Below are positions 15,491 through 24,189 of a stretch of 27,153 nt of DNA, piece after piece. The stretch spans positions 1-27,153 of IMG/VR virus record IMGVR_UViG_3300027518_000028. One strand, given 5' to 3'. The notes beneath the pieces are model-generated. The model did no database searches, was not told the origin of the DNA, and saw nothing but the letters and a program-made list of their open reading frames with translations. Positions within the stretch are counted from its first letter, which is position 1; the number at the start of each line of letters is the position of its first letter. The translations under genes were made by a program, and so were the position numbers. Source of the DNA: a virus. Taxonomy: Duplodnaviria > Caudoviricetes.

Positions 15491-17289
15491 GCCAAAACCC
15501 TCGCCCTCGTCATAGCTAGCCGTAGCTCTTGCTCAGCGTCAAAACTCTTATTAGGTGCTGCGTAATAGTTCACCGTGCGACCGTTTGCGTCTCCGTCTAA
15601 CCCGATCATACGCTCGAACCGGTTTAACGGAATTACAACCTCTGGGCCTGCCTCGCCAATAAGCGCGTTAGTGGGCCCAGTGACTAAACCGCCTCTAGCT
15701 AATGGCGTCGGCGCTGTAGGCATTTCCAGGCGACCAAAAGCCACCTGAGCGACTAGTTTAAACGGCTCGTCTCCAACAGCCTCACGTATCGCGTTAATAC
15801 CTTTAAGGATCGTATTAAAACCGTTTATAAAGAAGTTTAGAAAATTCTCAAACCCTGCAATAAGCCCGTTTATTACGGTCACAAAAACGACCCGAATACC
15901 ATACCAAAGCGTCTCGAAGAAACCACGGAAAACGTCGAGTACACCGGTTACCTTGTCTATCGCGCCAACAAAAAACTCGATAGCGGCCACAAGTATTACG
16001 CCGATAAGCTCGGCAACAAAAATAAGTATGGGCGTCAAGAATTCTATAAACTGTATAAATAGCGGTAACAGCATTTCGATTAGAGGCAACATAGCCTCGA
16101 CTAGTTTTAGCACTACCGGCGCGAGAGCTGTAAACAGCTCGGCGAACACTGGTAGCAAAGCCTCGACAATCGGTACAAGCGCCTCGACTAGTTGCAGAAT
16201 AATCGGCACTAGCACAAGTAGGGCGTCGGATATAAACGCCGCCACAATAGGCACAAGCTCAGTAATAACCGGCAAGAGCGCCGTAAACAAGTTTACAAAA
16301 ATTGGTAAGAGCTCGGCTACAAGTTGTAAAAATACGCCTGCTAGTTCACCTAAGACCGGCAACAACGGCATAAGCGATACGAGTAGCCCTGGTAATTCCC
16401 CTGCGAGGTTTGCAATAATTGGCGCTAGTTGCTCGAGCACACCAACTAACACCGGTCCAAGCTGGGTAACTACCGGTATAAGCGCTGTCGTTAGGTTCGC
16501 AAACGCGCCGACTAGTGGACCGCCCACCTCGGCTTTAACATTCTCAAAGTTAGCCGCCAAGATACGCTGCGCGTTAGCGAGACCGTCCGACGTATTCTCA
16601 AAGTCGCCCTGGACCTTATTGGTTTGCTCAAGTAGAGCACCATACCGAGCCTGTTGTTTCTGGACCTCGGTTAGAGGCTCACCGGCGGCCGCAATACCGT
16701 TAGCGTAAGCAAACGACTCCACAGTCGCCGCCGAGAGGTCGATACCGAATTTACGTAACGGCTCAGTCTCACCGGCAAGACCAGACTGGAAAAGTCGCAA
16801 AGCCTCGTTTACGTCCAAGTTCATCACCGACGCAAAGTCGGCACCGCGAGTAGTGAGCTCGTCAATAAAACCGACAACGTCGCCGCCAGGACCGGCAATA
16901 TTGGCGGCAAAGCCTGAGAATTGTGTAGCGATCGCGTTAAATTGGTTGCTCGACAACCCCAGCCGGTTAGCTGCCGTCTCACCGAGCGAAACAATCCCCT
17001 GTGTAGCGGCACCGTAAGAAACAGAGACCGCGTTTAGAGACTCGTTTAAATCAGACGACGCTTTTACAGAGTCTTTTAAAAAGCTAGTAATACCGGCAAC
17101 GGCAAGCGCACCGCCAACAACCGCCAAACCTTTTAGGGCTGTGCCAAAACCGCTACTAAAGCCTTTACCGGCGTCGTCGCCAGCCTTTTTACCGACGTCG
17201 TTAACGCCGCCCATTTCTTTAGCTACTGCCTGCTGAAAACCTTTAGCAACGGGGATAAGTGTTACATAGGCGTAGGCTTGCTCTGCCAC
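15487..17289 (-). CDS. Tape measure protein
   Basis: AYAYVTLIP N-terminus, long Ala/Leu-rich helical repeats, C-terminal LARGGLV..PT.ALIGEAGPEVVIPL. Confidence 0.92.
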   Translation of the reverse strand: MAEQAYAYVTLIPVAKGFQQAVAKEMGGVNDVGKKAGDDAGKGFSSGFGTALKGLAVVGGALAVAGITSFLKDSVKASSDLNESLNAVSVSYGAATQGIVSLGETAANRLGLSSNQFNAIATQFSGFAANIAGPGGDVVGFIDELTTRGADFASVMNLDVNEALRLFQSGLAGETEPLRKFGIDLSAATVESFAYANGIAAAGEPLTEVQKQQARYGALLEQTNKVQGDFENTSDGLANAQRILAANFENVKAEVGGPLVGAFANLTTALIPVVTQLGPVLVGVLEQLAPIIANLAGELPGLLVSLMPLLPVLGELAGVFLQLVAELLPIFVNLFTALLPVITELVPIVAAFISDALLVLVPIILQLVEALVPIVEALLPVFAELFTALAPVVLKLVEAMLPLIEMLLPLFIQFIEFLTPILIFVAELIGVILVAAIEFFVGAIDKVTGVLDVFRGFFETLWYGIRVVFVTVINGLIAGFENFLNFFINGFNTILKGINAIREAVGDEPFKLVAQVAFGRLEMPTAPTPLARGGLVTGPTNALIGEAGPEVVIPLNRFERMIGLDGDANGRTVNYYAAPNKSFDAEQELRLAMTRARVLA

Positions 17290-17666
17290 TTAAGGCCTCC
17301 GTTTCGTGCGCGTTGTAAAATTTCTCGACCGTCCACTCTCGGCGTACCTTTACGAGTACTACCTCTGGCGTCGGGCCAGGGTCGAGGATACGGTTTAGGT
17401 TTACGTTTCGAGTGAACCTGTGCAAGTAGATCGTAAGTAGCTGCGTGCGCCGCCCACTCAAACGAGACGGGGTGGTGCCAACCGTTGTAACTCACTTGGA
17501 GCCACGAGGACGGATCGCGTAACAAAACAGCTACAAGATAAACAACCTCGGACCACGGCACAGTCGTACCCAGGTCGCCAAGACCTAAGTGGAAACGCTG
17601 CCTAAAATCATAAATAAACGCGGCTTTGTGGTCCTCGAGTAGTACGAGGACCGCAACTATTCCCCC
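17262..17666 (-). CDS. Tail assembly chaperone, -1 frameshifted extension (GT form; full CDS 17887-17262)
   Basis: Open -1 frame starting at GGGGGAA; DFRQRFHL, PKPYPRPW motifs; precedes the tape measure. Confidence 0.8.
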   Translation of the reverse strand, partial: GGIVAVLVLLEDHKAAFIYDFRQRFHLGLGDLGTTVPWSEVVYLVAVLLRDPSSWLQVSYNGWHHPVSFEWAAHAATYDLLAQVHSKRKPKPYPRPWPDARGSTRKGTPRVDGREILQRARNGGLKWQSKPTPM

Positions 17667-17887
17667 AGTGCTACGCCACCTGTCCACGATTTCATATGCT
17701 TAGTGAACTCAGACAAGGGCAACGAGTCCAACACTTTTAGATCGTCGGACGATAAAACGTTTTCGAGGATATACCAGGTTTGCTCGGTCTCGCTCTCGTG
17801 TCGCGCTTGGCGCAATACACCTACTGGCATTTCGTTAAACGCTGGTAGCTGGATTTTCTTGCCTTTATGTTCGATAACGTAACTCAT
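17657..17887 (-). CDS. Tail assembly chaperone (G form), 76 aa
   Basis: ATG at 17887 with GAAAGG RBS; ends ..ALGE-stop over the slippery site. Confidence 0.82.
   Translation of the reverse strand: MSYVIEHKGKKIQLPAFNEMPVGVLRQARHESETEQTWYILENVLSSDDLKVLDSLPLSEFTKHMKSWTGGVALGE
17660..17666 (-). other. Programmed -1 ribosomal frameshift site GGGGGAA
   Basis: CTG GGG GAA TAG; the -1 frame reads GGG GGA ATA GTT into the downstream ORF. Confidence 0.85.
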
Positions 17888-17965
17888 AGCGGCTATACCT
17901 TTCGTAGATTTTATTGTAGCGGCGGTGGGGAGCGCCAGGGGTGACAAACACCCCCCACCATTTCT

Positions 17966-17999
17966 AAACCCTCTAGGCCGCCGCAAAGAACCTAGAGGG
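17966..17999 (-). terminator. Stem-loop after the major tail gene (terminator/attenuator)
   Basis: CCCTCTAGG-13-nt loop-CCTAGAGGG followed by TTT. Confidence 0.6.
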
Positions 18000-18007
18000 C
18001 GTGCCTG

Positions 18008-18553
18008 TTATGGCTCGACAGAGCCAAAAGCGCTAAACAGCTTGCTAGCGACAATCTTGGACGCGTCGGCGTAAGCGGTAATAGTGACCTCGTAGCCGAT
18101 AGCCTCGCCAGACGCGAGCGTGCGCTCGCCCACTGCCGTAATTTCGCCCTGTGGGATATAAGTACGCTCAATGTTTGTACCGTCGATAACGTCAATAACA
18201 AACGACTTACGCCCACCTGAAGAGCGAGGGTCAATCGTAATAATTCCACCGGCGGTAGTAGTTCCACCGTAGTAGAGGTTTACAACGTCCTCGTTAGTTT
18301 CGATAAAGGTAAGCGAAACCGAATAAGTACCGTCTGAGATAATCTCGCGGACCAGGCTACCGTCCTGCCAGGACCTAATCTGTGTGGTGGACTTGTCCAA
18401 GCTCTCAGTAATTCCGTCGGCACTAACATAACCCAGGTCCTTAAACGCGACGTTAAGCGTGTCGTCACTGTAGTTAGGGCCAGACGTACCGGTAGGTGCC
18501 ACATACACGGCACCCGTTACGGCTACTCTTACGTTGTCAGAGTCTAAAGCCAT
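18008..18553 (-). CDS. Major tail protein
   Basis: NVRVAVTGAVYVAP, DLGYVSADG, IRSWQDG, LTFIETN, IGYEVTITAY; ATG at 18553. Confidence 0.9.
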   Translation of the reverse strand: MALDSDNVRVAVTGAVYVAPTGTSGPNYSDDTLNVAFKDLGYVSADGITESLDKSTTQIRSWQDGSLVREIISDGTYSVSLTFIETNEDVVNLYYGGTTTAGGIITIDPRSSGGRKSFVIDVIDGTNIERTYIPQGEITAVGERTLASGEAIGYEVTITAYADASKIVASKLFSAFGSVEP

Positions 18554-18572
18554 TTTCTTTACTCCATTTCTG

Positions 18573-18956
18573 TTAGAGGTTTGTGCCTCTATGGTCAACG
18601 GCAAAACGCATAAATCTACGCTCTGCCTTTAGGTCGGTCACGTCTTGTATAGAGCTCTCTGGGATAACGTCGACAATAGGGTTACCGTCGGGTAGATCGT
18701 CAAAAACTGCCATAACATTACGGGCCAAAGTTTCCGCGTTAGCGTATGAACTCGCGTACACGTTTACGCCTATGCTGTCGGTCATAATTGTTTTAGACCG
18801 TCGGCTGCCGCCGTCTCGGCGTAAAATCACTTGCGAGGCTGAGCTGTCAGCCAAGATACCTACGCGTGTAGTCGTGAAACCCTCGGCTACGAGCTTAGCC
18901 TTTACACGTGTAACGAGGTGGGCCATAATGTCGCTAAAAATAACTGCGTTAGCCAT
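18573..18956 (-). CDS. Tail terminator
   Basis: VILRRDGG...VNVYA....AE.LA motif; immediately upstream of the major tail gene. Confidence 0.75.
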   Translation of the reverse strand: MANAVIFSDIMAHLVTRVKAKLVAEGFTTTRVGILADSSASQVILRRDGGSRRSKTIMTDSIGVNVYASSYANAETLARNVMAVFDDLPDGNPIVDVIPESSIQDVTDLKAERRFMRFAVDHRGTNL

Positions 18957-19270
18957 TAGCTACTAGCCTTTCTCGCGTTTCGCGGTTTATTAAATTTCTT
19001 TTTGTAACCGCGTTGTCCGCCAGCCAAGTCGAGAGCTCGCGAGAGAGCGCCTGTGTCGGCTTCGTCAAAGTCTGAACCGTAGGCGACTTTAGCTCGAGCG
19101 CGAACGCCTGAACGGGTAATCTGTAGCTCGCTACCTGGTAGAGCTGCCTGGACTCGACGCATACGGTTACCGAGCTCGACCGCAATAGCTGGGTCGCGCA
19201 ATAGTTGGCCCATACCTGCCTTGTTTAGTAGCACGTAACCGCCACCGCCAGGAATTGCAGACCTACCCAC
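18956..19270 (-). CDS. Neck/head-tail connector-region protein
   Basis: LN..G..QLL...EA..GAL.RALD pattern; synteny. Confidence 0.65.
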   Translation of the reverse strand: MGRSAIPGGGGYVLLNKAGMGQLLRDPAIAVELGNRMRRVQAALPGSELQITRSGVRARAKVAYGSDFDEADTGALSRALDLAGGQRGYKKKFNKPRNARKASS

Positions 19271-19601
19271 GATCTAGTTGCCTTTGCACGTTTACAACCG
19301 TGCCAGGCGACCACGAACCGAGCCCGTCTCGCCAGTCAAAAGCCTCACCGTCAATTTCATACACTTTACCTCGAACGGTAAAAGTGTCGTCGTCTAGCAC
19401 ACTCAGACCAGACGGTAAATACAATGTAAGACCGTCCGTTACGACAATCTGGTCGGCGTCAAAATTAGTGCCAGACACTCGAGCGGAAACGATCGCGTTA
19501 ACCGTCGACGTCGTTGTCGTAAATACCGGTTGGCCGTAACTATCGGTAGAGGTCGAATTTCGTCGGGTTTGGGTAATAGACTCCATAGTTACCGTTTCCA
19601 A
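19263..19601 (-). CDS. Head-to-tail stopper
   Basis: D.YGQP, TLYLP, D.FTVRG..YEIDGE..DW motifs; synteny. Confidence 0.8.
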   Translation of the reverse strand: METVTMESITQTRRNSTSTDSYGQPVFTTTTSTVNAIVSARVSGTNFDADQIVVTDGLTLYLPSGLSVLDDDTFTVRGKVYEIDGEAFDWRDGLGSWSPGTVVNVQRQLDRG

Positions 19602-20145
19602 TGGTCGAGGCGGATCTAAAAGTTTTCTCGCGGTAGTAGTTAGCTACCTCAATGTCGCTAGGGCTCATAAGTACCTGGCGACCGACGGCCCAGTTGGCGT
19701 AAGACTGCGAGAACGGGCCTACACTCTGTTGTTGGATACCAGCGGCCGCGTCGTCGGGTATAAGCAACGTGCGCACGACCATACCGGCCACAACAGCGAC
19801 CACGTCGTCGGGAATAGTGGCCGAGCCGTGCTCGTACTCCACAATTACTGGGCTATAAGTGCCGAGCTCGTAAATAGACTGGAAACCGTCGTACGTGTAG
19901 TCAATTTCTACGCCGTCAATGTCGGTAACCGATACGATCTCTATTACTGGCCGTTGCACGAGACGCACGACACCGTCGCGAGGGAAAAGTCTAACCGTAG
20001 ACTCTGCGACCTCGAATTTTTGTACGGCCCGTTGCACGAACATAGCGGACGCGTCGGCGAGCCAAGCGTTAGCCTGTGTGGTCTCGCCTGCCGTAAGGGT
20101 ACGACCTAAACGTGCTTGCACGTTGGCGATAGTTGCTAAAGCCAT
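19540..20145 (-). CDS. Head-to-tail adaptor
   Basis: LAT..NV.ARLGR.L...ADAS, QQSVGPFS.SY; follows the capsid gene. Confidence 0.82.
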   Translation of the reverse strand: MALATIANVQARLGRTLTAGETTQANAWLADASAMFVQRAVQKFEVAESTVRLFPRDGVVRLVQRPVIEIVSVTDIDGVEIDYTYDGFQSIYELGTYSPVIVEYEHGSATIPDDVVAVVAGMVVRTLLIPDDAAAGIQQQSVGPFSQSYANWAVGRQVLMSPSDIEVANYYREKTFRSASTIGNGNYGVYYPNPTKFDLYR

Positions 20146-20179
20146 TTGTAGCCTCTCGTGTGAAACTTTGCGCGGCGTA

Positions 20180-20207
20180 GAGAGGGTGGCCCATAGGCCA
20201 CCCTCTC
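20180..20207 (-). terminator. Perfect 12-bp stem-loop after the major capsid gene
   Basis: GAGAGGGTGGCC-CATA-GGCCACCCTCTC; no U tract, so it may be a weak terminator or an mRNA stabiliser. Confidence 0.65.
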
Positions 20208-20224
20208 ATAAGGTCACCTAGTGA

Positions 20225-21043
20225 CTAGGGAGCTGAGACGTAGCGAACTACAGCCTCTTCCTTAAGGACCTTGCCACCGTAAACATTAAGACCGCGAACA
20301 ATGTCAGCGAACTTAGTCGGGTTACGCAGAGACTCGAGGCTCTGAATCTGGTTAGCAAACGCCACCATAGACTCGTGGTAACCGATAGCGGTGGGGCGAG
20401 CTGCGCCGCCAGGCTGGAGCAAAGCGGACTCAACGACGGTAAAGCCGAAAAGACGCGCAATAACACCGTTACGGAGCTCGTCGCCTGAACCGGCAACAGA
20501 AACGTCAGACAAGCCAGAGAGCAACAAGTCGGCGAGGTCTGGGTTTACCAAGAGGTAACGTCCAGACGCTGGCACCTTAGCTGAGCTCATAGCCTTACGA
20601 ATAGCGCGAACCGCTGCCAAAGCCTCGGCACCAGTATCGACAACAACGTTACCAGGGTTACCCTGCGTGCTGTTGTTAAGCATAATGTCGATAAGGTAGT
20701 TTTCTGCGTCCTCGGCGAGAGCCTTACCGGCAGAGTCAACCCACGGGGCGAACTCGCTAGAGGCCTGAACGCGGTCGACGTCGTCAACGTTAACAGAGAA
20801 CGCCTTTTCCTGGTCAATGTCCAGGGTAACCTCGGTGTCGTTAAGAGCCTCGGCGGTAATGGTACGAGTCGCGCTGTAGTCTGCGATCGTGGGGGTGGTC
20901 GCGTTAATCACGTGGATTTTGTTACCGGCGGTAATGTCGCCAGTAAACGCGTTGTCCAGGGTCGGAATAACGACCTGGTTGGCGAGGAAAGACTGGGTAA
21001 CCCCTGCCGCCCACACCTCGGGAATAAAGTTGTCAATAGCCAT
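20225..21043 (-). CDS. Major capsid protein
   Basis: NFIPEVWA, L.IDQEKAF..DDVD..Q, KVP..GRYL, FADIVRGLNVYG.KV; strong AAAGGA RBS. Confidence 0.92.
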   Translation of the reverse strand: MAIDNFIPEVWAAGVTQSFLANQVVIPTLDNAFTGDITAGNKIHVINATTPTIADYSATRTITAEALNDTEVTLDIDQEKAFSVNVDDVDRVQASSEFAPWVDSAGKALAEDAENYLIDIMLNNSTQGNPGNVVVDTGAEALAAVRAIRKAMSSAKVPASGRYLLVNPDLADLLLSGLSDVSVAGSGDELRNGVIARLFGFTVVESALLQPGGAARPTAIGYHESMVAFANQIQSLESLRNPTKFADIVRGLNVYGGKVLKEEAVVRYVSAP

Positions 21044-21063
21044 TTAGCTATATCCTTTCTTGT

Positions 21064-21657
21064 TTAAGATTTCCCCATAAGTCCGTCGAGCCGGCCGTCT
21101 TTACGAGCCTGCAAGATTTCCGTAGGGGTCATACCGTTTAACTCGTCTCGCGAACGAATTTGCGCGAGAGTAGCCTTGTTGCCACGAGGACCCTGCCCTA
21201 AATCGGGTTTAGGTGCCTCGTAGTGTGTACTGTGAGCTTCCACCCACGTCGCAATAGCCTCGCTGTTAATGTCGCCGGTATCGGTGATAAAAGCCGTCCT
21301 ATCGAACGAAAGAATAGCGTCGCCCTCTAGGGTCTTACCCTTTAGGGAGCTCTTCAGCTCTGCCTCTACCAATTTCTCGGCGAACTCCAAACGAACCGCT
21401 TTACGTGTATCGTCTTTAGTTTGCTCGATAAGTCGCTCGGTCTCCGAGAGCTGCGACCGACGTACCTCGTCAAGCTCTTTAGAGGCTTGCGTGTACGTCC
21501 TGCGTAGCTCTTTAAGCTCGGCGCGTTGCTTAGCTAAAGTTTTTACTAACGGGTGATCGTCTGGCAATTCCGTAAGGTTATCGCTGGCGTCTATTGTCTC
21601 AATATCCACGGGCGTATCGTTTACGGTATTTTCTTTTAGTGTTTCGTCTTGCGACAT
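21064..21657 (-). CDS. Scaffolding protein
   Basis: Acidic N-terminus, coiled coil, PKPDLGQG; ATG at 21657 with GAAAGG RBS; precedes the capsid gene. Confidence 0.85.
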   Translation of the reverse strand: MSQDETLKENTVNDTPVDIETIDASDNLTELPDDHPLVKTLAKQRAELKELRRTYTQASKELDEVRRSQLSETERLIEQTKDDTRKAVRLEFAEKLVEAELKSSLKGKTLEGDAILSFDRTAFITDTGDINSEAIATWVEAHSTHYEAPKPDLGQGPRGNKATLAQIRSRDELNGMTPTEILQARKDGRLDGLMGKS

Positions 21658-21729
21658 AGGGTTTACCTTTCCGTCTCGGAATAGATAGAGCTCGTCTCGA
21701 GCCATTAACCGACCAGGCTGGTCGGAAAC

Positions 21730-22578
21730 TTAAATATCTTTAGGGCCTGTAAATTTCTGGTCGCGCCAGGTCAAAGTAGGCCCATACTCGCCGTGCTCGC
21801 GAGTTACTACAATTTCTGTAAAGTCCGCTAGGCGTTGACTATCCTCATATTGGACTAGTTTGCCGATTTGGGCGTCGCGTGCCTGGTAATCGGTTACACC
21901 TAATTGTTGTTGTAAAGCCTGGTGAATACTGTCGAGCGAGCCCTGGTCAATAACCTGTCCAGGGTCGAAGTCGCCATATATGGGCTCTTCCCCACAATCG
22001 CACCCAGGGTGAATAGGTTTAAGGTTGTCGCGCCGGTAACGCTGCGTCGACGCGATCGCGCAGAGTGCACAGTTTTCTGAGCCTGTGAGCACACGTCGGT
22101 AGCCGACAATATTGGCGTTACCCTGGCGTTGTTTTAAACCTGCCTGCCGACTTGCTAACTGTATGTCTGTCTCGGCAATAGAGGACGCTCTAGCTGCGCC
22201 ACGCTCCACAGCGGTACGTAACAGTTGCTCACCGGCGAGCGCCGTATAAACCTCGACGAACGGCCGACGGTACACCTCTTGCGCACTAGGCCCGTTACGT
22301 AAGACCTGGTCGGTCAAGTCCGACGGTCTAGTCTGTGCCGGCGTAAAAGACTCGCCGTTAGCTTTCGCGACCTCTTGATAATAGGCCGCCTGCAAGTTGG
22401 CCGCCTGTTGCTTTAGTCCGTCAATCTGTGGACCAACGACATTTATATAACGCGCTATATCGTCGTCGCGCCACGATCCAAGCTGCCTAAAGACGTTACC
22501 GGCTAGAGTACCGGCACCACGGACTAGGCGAGTGTTTAGCCGGTTGTAGCCGTCGCGTATTTCTGCAAGCGTCGCCAC
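21730..22578 (-). CDS. MuF-like minor capsid/capsid maturation protein
   Basis: GYRRVL....CALCAIAS...IHPGCDC motif; between portal and scaffold. Confidence 0.8.
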   Translation of the reverse strand: MATLAEIRDGYNRLNTRLVRGAGTLAGNVFRQLGSWRDDDIARYINVVGPQIDGLKQQAANLQAAYYQEVAKANGESFTPAQTRPSDLTDQVLRNGPSAQEVYRRPFVEVYTALAGEQLLRTAVERGAARASSIAETDIQLASRQAGLKQRQGNANIVGYRRVLTGSENCALCAIASTQRYRRDNLKPIHPGCDCGEEPIYGDFDPGQVIDQGSLDSIHQALQQQLGVTDYQARDAQIGKLVQYEDSQRLADFTEIVVTREHGEYGPTLTWRDQKFTGPKDI

Positions 22579-22579
22579 A

Positions 22580-24178
22580 CTAAGCCTCTGGTAAGCCGTC
22601 TAACCGTGTAACCTCGCTGTAGCGGACGCCAAAGACGGCGGCGGTAGGTGACCAGTCGCCACCGACGAGCTCCCAGCGTCGTACCTGTATGGCTGGGTTA
22701 GTAGGTGTGGCCGTTATGGCAAACTCGCTACCCTCAATACCTAAAACGCCACCGGTCATAATATGCTCGACTTGTCCGACACCCTGAGCGAACTCGACAA
22801 CGTCACCGTTAGCGACGTCGCGGAAAACGTCCACGACTTGCTCAGCGCCAGGCTGTGCCGGTGCCTGTGTAGGCGCTCCGAGTAGTGCCTCGGTAAGCAA
22901 AGTCTCGCCGGCGCGTTGTACCTCCATTTCGTCAATTTCCGCTGGGGAGAATTGACCAATAAGAGCCATACGCGACCTAAACGGTATGTCTTGGAATTTA
23001 GAGTTAGCGTCGGCACGCTCAGCCATAGAGTAACGCTCGGCCGGCTTCCACAGTGGCTCGAGGTCCAACAAGCTTGCACGCTCTTCGTCGCCCACCCATT
23101 TAAAGAGCAACGACATTACGCGAGACCAGCCAGGGCTAACCCGTGCTATACGGTCCTCGGTCTTAAAGACCAGGCCCTCACGTGCGAGCTGAGCGCCCTC
23201 TGCCGAGCCGTTAGCGCCCTCTGGCGTAAAATAATGCATAGGCGTCCGAGTAACAGCCGCGAAGTCCTGAATATCAGCGCGAACCGCGTTTAAAATACCC
23301 ATAATCTCGGCCTGACCGAGCTCGCTAACGTCGGCACCCTCTGGGATAACCCACAAAGAGCCAGCGGACGACTCAAAAATACCGTTATAGTCAATTTCGT
23401 TGCCGTCGGCGTCGTGCGTCGGAAAATCGCCCTTAAGTACGCGCTGCCTAAACGCTTGCGTCGTCGCAATAACGAGACGCTGCAAAATCATATGGTTTAC
23501 ACGGTCGATAATGTCCAGGTAAGGCTCGTACTCGCCCTTTTCGTCCGCGTTAGCGAACCTCACCACCGGCGTCTCTCCCAGTGGGTTAGGCATTTCCTCG
23601 AGCAACTGGTAACCCTCGGCGTCGAATATGTTTAGATCGCCAGGCTTTACAAAAATTTCGATTACGTCCGCGTGGTAACAGTAGAGGTAATGTTGCCCGT
23701 CCTCGTTAAAAACCTTTATCGCCTGGATAACCTTAAACGGGTCTGTAGGCGACGTGTAGCCGTAAACCTGTCGAGGGTCCTCTACGGTCACTACCGGATA
23801 TTGCGAGCCCTCTGGGTACCCTACAAGCGCGTACGCGGTACCGAAACGCAGTAGGTACGAGTGCAAGTCGGACGCGCCGTAATCTAGGTTGCTTGCTTTC
23901 CACAAACGACGGGCCTCACGGTCCCCGTTGTCGTCGTCCTCGGCACCAGTCCTGAAACCGCCGATAACCATACGCTCGCGAACCGCTGCGACCGATAATT
24001 GTGCCAGGTTTAGGCGTGCCTTACGCTGGAAACGCCTATAGGCGCGACTTTGACCGTCTGCGCTCTCAGGTAGAGGCGCGTCGCCGTCGTAATAACGCTC
24101 GAGTAGGTTGTAGTGCGCTTGCTTACGCGCCAAAGACTTTAATAGGCCCTGTTGGGTCTTAGTGAGCTGTGTAGCCAT
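22580..24178 (-). CDS. Portal protein (SPP1 gp6-like) with extra C-terminal domain
   Basis: LERYYDG, PNPLG..PVV.F.N, QAFRQR, TRTP, SAEG; follows the large terminase. Confidence 0.92.
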   Translation of the reverse strand: MATQLTKTQQGLLKSLARKQAHYNLLERYYDGDAPLPESADGQSRAYRRFQRKARLNLAQLSVAAVRERMVIGGFRTGAEDDDNGDREARRLWKASNLDYGASDLHSYLLRFGTAYALVGYPEGSQYPVVTVEDPRQVYGYTSPTDPFKVIQAIKVFNEDGQHYLYCYHADVIEIFVKPGDLNIFDAEGYQLLEEMPNPLGETPVVRFANADEKGEYEPYLDIIDRVNHMILQRLVIATTQAFRQRVLKGDFPTHDADGNEIDYNGIFESSAGSLWVIPEGADVSELGQAEIMGILNAVRADIQDFAAVTRTPMHYFTPEGANGSAEGAQLAREGLVFKTEDRIARVSPGWSRVMSLLFKWVGDEERASLLDLEPLWKPAERYSMAERADANSKFQDIPFRSRMALIGQFSPAEIDEMEVQRAGETLLTEALLGAPTQAPAQPGAEQVVDVFRDVANGDVVEFAQGVGQVEHIMTGGVLGIEGSEFAITATPTNPAIQVRRWELVGGDWSPTAAVFGVRYSEVTRLDGLPEA

Positions 24179-24189
24179 ATAAAAGTGTC

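Noticed and set aside
15900-16520. Periodic Leu/Pro-rich hydrophobic repeats suggesting a novel membrane protein
   Set aside because: Ordinary helical repeats of a tape measure protein
17888-17986. N-terminal extensions in the ORF track for the chaperone (also major tail, scaffold, endolysin)
   Set aside because: Downstream ATGs have clear RBSs, and the extensions run through hairpins or upstream genes
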